From positions 192,001-256,000 of IMG/VR virus record IMGVR_UViG_3300002834_000024: 64,000 nucleotides of DNA. One strand, given 5' to 3'. This stretch comes from a virus (lineage: Duplodnaviria; Heunggongvirae; Uroviricota; Caudoviricetes). A program made the position numbers and the translations under genes. The notes beneath the pieces are model-generated. The model was not told the DNA's origin and did no database searches. It saw nothing but the letters and a program-made list of their open reading frames with translations. Shown piece by piece: positions 57,320-64,000 of the stretch (its first letter is position 1; each line of letters begins with the position of its first letter).

Positions 57320-57645
57320 CTTTACATGAAACATTAGATAAACTTGGATTTTATTGGTATAAAGAAGTTGAACCTAAAATTAAATCTTATCGTTTATCCG
57401 AACAAGAATTATTGGAAAAAACAGAATATGTTCTTAATCAATTTTATCCCAAGAAAGAAAAAGAATTACCAACAATGGAAAACATGATTAACTTTTTGAT
57501 AAAAAAGAAATATCATGCAAAAGATGAGTTTATTAAAAAATGGGGTGAAGAAAAATTTTGGGATATTGCACGAATTGGTTATTGTAATAGTCGAGGAACA
57601 CCATTACAAAAAGCATATGATTATAAGAGACTTTTTATTGATTAA
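57316..57645 (+). CDS. Hypothetical protein
   Basis: Coupled ORF. Confidence 0.55.
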   Translation: MTLHETLDKLGFYWYKEVEPKIKSYRLSEQELLEKTEYVLNQFYPKKEKELPTMENMINFLIKKKYHAKDEFIKKWGEEKFWDIARIGYCNSRGTPLQKAYDYKRLFID

Positions 57646-58163
57646 CCATTAAAATGTGCCTCATCAATTTCAACACCTTTTATTGTTCGCCACATTCTTT
57701 TATACCCAAACAGTGTTTCACTGTTAGCAAAGTTACGTTTTCCATCATCCACAATTTCATAATAAAATATTGTTTTTTCATCAATAACAACTCCAATTAA
57801 ATCTCCATATTTGATGTCGCATTTATATTCCTTTAATGTTTCATCATACATGTAAATTTCGATATTTCCTGATTGTTTATATCTGGCATTATTTTGTGGT
57901 TTAATGTAGGCTTCATTTGTAGATTCTTTTATATCATATCTACATGGTAGTTCGATTGGGGTAGTATATTTTATTTCATCTTTTTTAGTTTCCCCATATA
58001 AACTATCACTGTTTGTCTTGATTCTATCAATTTGATACAATATAACCTTTTGACCAATCCATGTTTCCATATAGTCTTTTCCCCATTCTGACATTGTTTG
58101 AAACAGGTTATCATCAAAGAATAAAGGGGATCTGGTTATTGGTAATTTTTTGTTATTTTGCAT
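57642..58163 (-). CDS. Probable neck/head-closure protein (T4 gp14-like)
   Basis: GQKVILY..D.LYGE..PIEL..IKYGDLI..YYEI pattern. Confidence 0.55.
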   Translation of the reverse strand: MQNNKKLPITRSPLFFDDNLFQTMSEWGKDYMETWIGQKVILYQIDRIKTNSDSLYGETKKDEIKYTTPIELPCRYDIKESTNEAYIKPQNNARYKQSGNIEIYMYDETLKEYKCDIKYGDLIGVVIDEKTIFYYEIVDDGKRNFANSETLFGYKRMWRTIKGVEIDEAHFNG

Positions 58164-58198
58164 TTAATTCAATATCTTTATCAATAAATATTAGAGAG

Positions 58199-58372
58199 AT
58201 GAAAAAAGTGGATAACATTAGTGATATACATGTTGAATGTCCTTATTGTCATATAACTTTACGTTTGGAAAACAAACGAATAAAGGTTGGAACATATGAG
58301 ATAACATGTGAAGTATGTAATAAAGTAATAGGTACACTGGTTGGTAAACGTTCTAAAAAGAAAGAAATATGA
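58199..58372 (+). CDS. Small zinc-ribbon protein
   Basis: CPYC...CEVC. Confidence 0.5.
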   Translation: MKKVDNISDIHVECPYCHITLRLENKRIKVGTYEITCEVCNKVIGTLVGKRSKKKEI

Positions 58373-58884
58373 AAGCAATTACAATTAAAAATCCATGGGC
58401 ATTTTGGATATGTTCAGGATTGAAAGATATTGAGAATAGAACTTGGAGTACCAATTATCGTGGTAAGGTTTTGGTACATGTGTCAAGTAAAATGGAGGAT
58501 ATTAGTAATATTCTGGATAATTATTTCAATGATAAAATGTATCATGATTTGCAACAAAATATACAATGGATAAAAAAATCTAATTATCCTTATAACATTA
58601 AAGATACATGTGGTGCAATAATAGGTTCAGTTGATATTGTTGATTGTGTTATTAATTATCCATCACAATGGGCTGAAGAAACATATGAAACAAATTATGG
58701 ATTTAGAAAACCTATCATATATAATTGGGTGTTAAAAAATCCAATATTATATCGAGAACCCCTTTTTAATGTTAAAGGTCAATTGAAGTTATGGGATGTA
58801 ACAGCAGAACAATATAGAGATTCATATTGTAATAATGAAACTTCAGTGATGAAACATAATTTAATGTTGAAAAATGGCAATTGA
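58369..58884 (+). CDS. ASCH domain protein
   Basis: ITIKNPWA..GLKDIENRTW..YRG; KGQLKLW. Confidence 0.88.
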   Translation: MKAITIKNPWAFWICSGLKDIENRTWSTNYRGKVLVHVSSKMEDISNILDNYFNDKMYHDLQQNIQWIKKSNYPYNIKDTCGAIIGSVDIVDCVINYPSQWAEETYETNYGFRKPIIYNWVLKNPILYREPLFNVKGQLKLWDVTAEQYRDSYCNNETSVMKHNLMLKNGN

Positions 58885-61800
58885 AATAAATAAAATTAAA
58901 ACATTCCTTGAAGGAAGTGATCCCCAAAAACGCATTGTAAACATTGAATGTGGTTATGGGGATACCGAAGTTTCTATATTTTCTAGAAATGATTTAAGTG
59001 AAATAGTTGTAAATAGAGAAGAATTTTTTCCGTTTGTATGGGCAAAACTAAAAGTTACAGATATGTTGATAGCTCATTATGGAAGCCGATCTGCTCTTGA
59101 ATGGGGATTAAGAACAGCAAAGATTTGGGTTGATTGTTTAAAAACGGATAATGAAAATGGTCAAAGCCCCAAAAGAATGTTGGATGGATATAATGTTTTA
59201 TTCTTTGCAACAGAATCTATGTCATATTCTAAATTTACAAAATTTTTTAGAGATTGTGGAATAGATATATATGGTTCAGAAAAAAACTTTATGGCGATAA
59301 CACCAGTTGAACAATACATGATTAAATCTGGAAAACGTTATTTTAAAGAGTTAAACGAATATGATGATTTATTGAGATGTATTTGGGATATTGAAACAGA
59401 GGGATTAGATCCAAATGATTGTGCAATCACACAGATAGGTATAAGTACCAATAAGGGATATGAACAAGTATTACATGTGGAAGGTAATACAAAAGAAGAA
59501 AAAGAAGAATCTGAAAGAAAAACTATACAAAAGTTTTTTCAAAATATTGAACATATAAATCCTGATATATTAGCTGGTCATAATTCAGAAGTATTCGACT
59601 GGCCATTTATATTAAGAAGAATTGAACTTTTATGGCCAGATAAAGAAAATATATTTGATAATATAATAAAACATTTTTGGGGACCAAATAATAAGTTTAA
59701 TGATGGTAAATATGATAGATTTACCCAATTAAAAGATAAGAAAACAAAAAAAGAATATACCGCAAATCGAACTCTTTACAAAAAGGATATTAAGTCAGTT
59801 TTAAAACTTGGAAATGAGGCTGAATATTTTTATCCAACAATTTGGTATGGACATACAGTTGTTGATAGTTTACATGCTTGTAGGCGAGCGCAAGCTATTG
59901 ATAGTAATATGAAGTCAGGTTCTTTGAAATATGCTGCTGAATACGCTAAACAGAAGAAACAAAATAGAGTTTATATACCTGGTGATAAAATATCAGATGT
60001 ATATTATGATAAATCTGATTTTGTTTTAGATGAATCAAATGGCGAATGGCATAAACTTAAATCAAATGAAGAACTAACCGAAACACAAAAGGTTGTTTCT
60101 GGTAAGTATATTGCTGATAGATACTTGTTAGATGACTTATATGAAGGTGATAGGGTTGAATGGTATTATAACCAATCTTCATTCTTTCTATCTAAAATGC
60201 TTCCAATACCATATCAAAAAGTATTAACTATGGGTACAAGTGCTACATGGAAATATATTTTATTGGCGTGGTCATACGAAAATAAATTAGCGGTTCCGGC
60301 ACTTAGTGAATTGAAACCATTTACAGGCGGATTATCACGTTTATTAAAAGTTGGTTTTGTAAAGGATATTGTTAAATTAGACTTCAATTCACTTTATCCA
60401 GCAATTACATTATCATTTGATGTATTCCCAAAATTGGATATTTCTGGTGTTTTTAAAACATTACTTGGTCATATACTTTCTGAACGTGAAAGATTTAAAG
60501 GATTAAAAAAGGAATTTGGAAAAAAAGCAAAAGCAACAGATGATCCAGTAGAAAAATTAAAATTTGAACAAGAAGAAGCTAGAAATGACAAATTACAATT
60601 ACCTTTCAAAATATTTGGTAATGCTTTCTTTGGGTCGTATGGAGCTCCAAATATTTTTAATTGGGGCGATGTAACAAAAGCTGAACAGATTACTTGTACA
60701 GCCAGACAATGTTTACGATTAATGACTAAATGGTTTGAAGATCGTGGATTTAGATCTGTCGTGATGGATAGTGTTACTGGTGATACACCAATTTTAATTA
60801 AATATAAATATAACAATGAAATTGACATAAAACAAATTTGTGATTTATTTGATGAAAATAAATGTGTTGATATAAATAATAATGGACAATTTAGAGATTT
60901 TAGTGAAAAACCATATTTGGTTTTAACAAGAAATGGATGGAAAGATATAGAATATGTTTATAAACATAAAACCAACAAAAAAATCCATAGAATAAAAACA
61001 AAAGATGTTTTAATAGATGTAACAGAAGATCATTCTCTTTTTGATAAAAATAAAAAAGAAATACAACCAAAAAATATTAAAATTGGCGATAAAATAGAAT
61101 TATATGAAAAAAGCTTAGATTATGTTTTTAATAATAATGGTCTAAATGAAGATATTGCATGGTTAATTGGTTTATTTGTTGGTGATGGTTCTTGTTTGTG
61201 TAGAAAACGTCCTCAAAAATATTTTTCAAAAAGAAAGTGTAATTATAATATAAATTATTGTTTTGGTTGTGATTGGAAAATTGATAACTTAAATTATGAA
61301 TTTTTAATAAAAGCACAAAATATTTTAAAAAATGAATATAATATAAATGCAAATATTAAAGATCATATAGAATCAAGTGGTGTTTTTTGTTTAAGAACAA
61401 GTAATTCAAAATTGAGTCGATTTTTTGCCGAAAATTGTTATACTAATAATCGTTTAAAAAAAATACCATCTATAATTTTAAATAGTGATTTAAAAATTAA
61501 AAAGGCATTTATTAATGGGTTACTATGTGCTGATGGATATGGTTATGATATTGATAAAACAATTAGTATTGGTCAAAAATCAAAGGTAGTTATGGCTGGT
61601 ATTGATTTAATTTTTAGAGAATTAAAAGTTAATTATAGAATATTGATTAGAAAAGATAAACCCAATTTTATCACATTTAGTATTAAAAATCGTCATGGCA
61701 ATAACATAAACGATAATTATTCAAAACAAAAATCAGAGGAAGTTTTTAGAAATGACATATTGTTTAATGAATATAATGATTATGTTTATGATATATCATT

Positions 61801-63337
61801 AGATGGGACATTTATAAACGCATTAGGAATGAATGTATTACATAATACAGATGGCATAAACTTTTCATATTCAGATGTGAATGTTGATTACACATATACT
61901 GGAAATGGACTTAGCAGAAATACAAAAGAAGGTAAAGAATATCATGGAATAGAGGCTTATGTTGCAGAGTTCAATGATTTATTTATGAGAGAAAAAATGG
62001 GTTTGGGAATAGATGAATATGCTTCAAATACCATTAACTTTTCACGTAAAAACTATGCTGACTTATTGGATAATGGTAAAGTTAAATATGTTGGTAATAG
62101 CATCAAATCTAAAAAGATGCCTAAATACATTGAGAAATTTTTAGAAACTAATATTCTATTATTATTAAATGATGATGGATATACATTTTTAAAAAATTAT
62201 AATGAATACATTAATAAAATATATAATTACCAAATACCATTAAGGGATATTGCTTCAATTGGTTCTATTAAGGTATCACTGAAAGAATATCAAAAAAATT
62301 CAAGTGGAAAAAATAAAGCTGGTGGGGATAAAGCAAAACAAGCATGGTATGAATTAGCACTTCAACATAATATCCAAGTACATCCTGGTGATAAAATCCA
62401 TTATGTAAATATTGGTGTTAAAAAATCAGAAGGTGATGTTATTAAAGAAGATATATATGAATATGATGTTGATGGTAACATTGTAATGGTTGATAAAGTT
62501 GATAAAAAAACGGGTGAAATTGTTTATGCAAAGCGTGGAGAATGTAAACCACTTCAAAGTAAAAAAGTTATTGGTTACAAACCAAGATTAAATTGTGTAA
62601 GAATTGATCCAACAATCATTGAATCAGATATTGATTATTATGGGCATGAAGATATTTTTGGGGATAATCCTATTCAATATAATGCTGCAAAATATATCAG
62701 TCAGTTTAACAGCCGAATTAAAGCATTATTAGTTTGTTTTCATCCTGATATTCGAGATAAAATATTGGTTGAAACACCTGATAAAGCAAATTATTTTACA
62801 GAAGAACAATCTAAATTAACATCAGGATTTCCAAATAAAGAAATTGATCAAGATACCCTTGAAGCTCTTTTAACAATGGAAGATAAAGAGATTAAATTTT
62901 GGACACAAAATAATCTTGAACCACCATTTGTTAATGAAATTGGTATTGATTGGGAGGCAGTGAAAAGAGATTATTATCAAAGACAAGAGGAACTTAGATC
63001 TTGTGTTAAAGAAGAATCTGACAAATATAATAATATTATTGAAAGAATTACAGAAGATGATATAAAAGAATTTAACGAAAGTGGTGGTATAGTTGATAAA
63101 TTATGGTTTTTTAATGAAATATTAGAATTTTGTAAAATATCAATAGATTTAGATTTTATATCAAAATTACATAATGTTAAATTGGGAACACTTTCTGATA
63201 TAACTGAAAAACAATTTTATGAATCTGATGGTGATGATGAAAATGAAAGTACTGGAACCACAGATGTTAATAATGAATACGCATGTTATCAATATATGAA
63301 TGATGAAGATTATGGGAAAATGCCACTCATTTTATAA
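58874..63337 (+). CDS. Family B DNA polymerase with intein
   Basis: Exo DIET, HNS..FD; DFNSLYP; K...N..FG; D-[intein]-TDG; KNY. Confidence 0.95.
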   Translation: MAIEINKIKTFLEGSDPQKRIVNIECGYGDTEVSIFSRNDLSEIVVNREEFFPFVWAKLKVTDMLIAHYGSRSALEWGLRTAKIWVDCLKTDNENGQSPKRMLDGYNVLFFATESMSYSKFTKFFRDCGIDIYGSEKNFMAITPVEQYMIKSGKRYFKELNEYDDLLRCIWDIETEGLDPNDCAITQIGISTNKGYEQVLHVEGNTKEEKEESERKTIQKFFQNIEHINPDILAGHNSEVFDWPFILRRIELLWPDKENIFDNIIKHFWGPNNKFNDGKYDRFTQLKDKKTKKEYTANRTLYKKDIKSVLKLGNEAEYFYPTIWYGHTVVDSLHACRRAQAIDSNMKSGSLKYAAEYAKQKKQNRVYIPGDKISDVYYDKSDFVLDESNGEWHKLKSNEELTETQKVVSGKYIADRYLLDDLYEGDRVEWYYNQSSFFLSKMLPIPYQKVLTMGTSATWKYILLAWSYENKLAVPALSELKPFTGGLSRLLKVGFVKDIVKLDFNSLYPAITLSFDVFPKLDISGVFKTLLGHILSERERFKGLKKEFGKKAKATDDPVEKLKFEQEEARNDKLQLPFKIFGNAFFGSYGAPNIFNWGDVTKAEQITCTARQCLRLMTKWFEDRGFRSVVMDSVTGDTPILIKYKYNNEIDIKQICDLFDENKCVDINNNGQFRDFSEKPYLVLTRNGWKDIEYVYKHKTNKKIHRIKTKDVLIDVTEDHSLFDKNKKEIQPKNIKIGDKIELYEKSLDYVFNNNGLNEDIAWLIGLFVGDGSCLCRKRPQKYFSKRKCNYNINYCFGCDWKIDNLNYEFLIKAQNILKNEYNINANIKDHIESSGVFCLRTSNSKLSRFFAENCYTNNRLKKIPSIILNSDLKIKKAFINGLLCADGYGYDIDKTISIGQKSKVVMAGIDLIFRELKVNYRILIRKDKPNFITFSIKNRHGNNINDNYSKQKSEEVFRNDILFNEYNDYVYDISLDGTFINALGMNVLHNTDGINFSYSDVNVDYTYTGNGLSRNTKEGKEYHGIEAYVAEFNDLFMREKMGLGIDEYASNTINFSRKNYADLLDNGKVKYVGNSIKSKKMPKYIEKFLETNILLLLNDDGYTFLKNYNEYINKIYNYQIPLRDIASIGSIKVSLKEYQKNSSGKNKAGGDKAKQAWYELALQHNIQVHPGDKIHYVNIGVKKSEGDVIKEDIYEYDVDGNIVMVDKVDKKTGEIVYAKRGECKPLQSKKVIGYKPRLNCVRIDPTIIESDIDYYGHEDIFGDNPIQYNAAKYISQFNSRIKALLVCFHPDIRDKILVETPDKANYFTEEQSKLTSGFPNKEIDQDTLEALLTMEDKEIKFWTQNNLEPPFVNEIGIDWEAVKRDYYQRQEELRSCVKEESDKYNNIIERITEDDIKEFNESGGIVDKLWFFNEILEFCKISIDLDFISKLHNVKLGTLSDITEKQFYESDGDDENESTGTTDVNNEYACYQYMNDEDYGKMPLIL
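60770..61846 (+). mobile_element. Intein with LAGLIDADG homing endonuclease (359 aa)
   Basis: Starts SVTGDTP, TEDH block B, LIGLFVGDG and INGLLCADG motifs, ends LHN before Thr. Confidence 0.93.
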
Positions 63338-64000
63338 TGAAGATTGCATTGCTGGTGCAAAAAAACATTTATTAGATAATTCAATTGATCTTATAATTAC
63401 AGATCCACCCTATGGAATTAAAGGAGATACATTAGATAAACATTATAATCGTGATGAAAGTAATGTTATTGATGGATATGTTGAAATACCATTAAATGAA
63501 TATCCACAATTTTCATTAGATTGGATTAAAGAAGCAGAGAGAGTTTTAAGACCTGGTGGTAGTATGTATATTGTTTCAGGATATTCTAATCTTATACATA
63601 TTCTGAACGCTTTATTTGAAACAAAATTAAAAGAAGTAAATCATATAATTTGGAAATATAATTTTGGGGTGTATACACAGAAAAAATATGTTTCATCACA
63701 TTATCATATATTATATTATGTAAAACCAAAAGGTAAAGTTACATTTAATACTAATGCTTTTTATACAAAAGATGATAGAAAAGAAAATGGTGGTAGTAAA
63801 CAATATAATGATTTAGAAGATGTTTGGATTATTAACAGAGAATATAAACCAGGTAAGATAAAAAATAAAAATGAATTACCAGCTGCATTGTTAAAAAAGA
63901 TGATTCTATATTCAAGTAATCCTGATGATATAATTTGTGATTTTTTTCTTGGTGGATTTTCAACAGTGAAAGTGGCAATTGAATTAGGTAGGAAAGCATG
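63312..64000 (+). CDS. N4/N6 DNA methyltransferase, runs off the right end
   Basis: Hand translation: NEDC..IDLIITDPPY..RVLRPGG..CDFFLGGFST. Confidence 0.88.
   Translation, partial: MGKCHSFYNEDCIAGAKKHLLDNSIDLIITDPPYGIKGDTLDKHYNRDESNVIDGYVEIPLNEYPQFSLDWIKEAERVLRPGGSMYIVSGYSNLIHILNALFETKLKEVNHIIWKYNFGVYTQKKYVSSHYHILYYVKPKGKVTFNTNAFYTKDDRKENGGSKQYNDLEDVWIINREYKPGKIKNKNELPAALLKKMILYSSNPDDIICDFFLGGFSTVKVAIELGRKA

Noticed and set aside
4452-61352. Many short antisense or off-frame track ORFs (e.g. 4746-5171, 30530-30970, 50729-51037, 60469-60828)
   Set aside because: Nested in well-supported genes on the dominant strand, with no motifs or own expression signals.
1-64000. Stop-codon reassignment as in some Bacteroidota phages
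   Set aside because: Long genes are intact in the standard code, coding density is high, and no suppressor anticodon was seen.

Overview
64 kb of a very AT-rich, large (jumbo-type, probably myovirus-like) bacteriophage genome. The host is probably in Bacteroidota: TAnnTTTG -7 promoters, AT-rich translation starts and a T9SS C-terminal sorting domain protein point that way. Recognisable genes: SbcCD/gp46-47-like nuclease pair, sigma70-family factor, family B DNA polymerase with a LAGLIDADG intein, ClpX, CoaD, thioredoxin, 5'(3')-deoxyribonucleotidase, Tyr phosphatase, ASCH protein, five orphan DNA methyltransferases, homing-type endonucleases, and probable neck/tail-completion proteins. There are 27 tRNA or tRNA-like genes. 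Main finding: two tRNA arrays split the 20 amino acids with no overlap (array 1: E,N,P,G,D,K,R,Q; array 2: M,S,Y,F,L,C,A,V,I,W,H,T). Each array is preceded by an unannotated short leader ORF whose core uses almost only, and all of, that array's amino acids, coupled to a mutually exclusive antiterminator/terminator pair. This looks like a multi-codon, ribosome-stalling attenuator that turns on phage tRNAs when the matching host tRNAs run short. Other signals: a 9-copy TTAACATCCAG box at fixed spacing from the -7 element, three ACAGCAA stem-loop RNAs, a GNRA-rich ncRNA, an ArfA-like ORF with an internal terminator, and ART-like proteins that may be packaged in the virion. All calls are by eye; no database searches were run.
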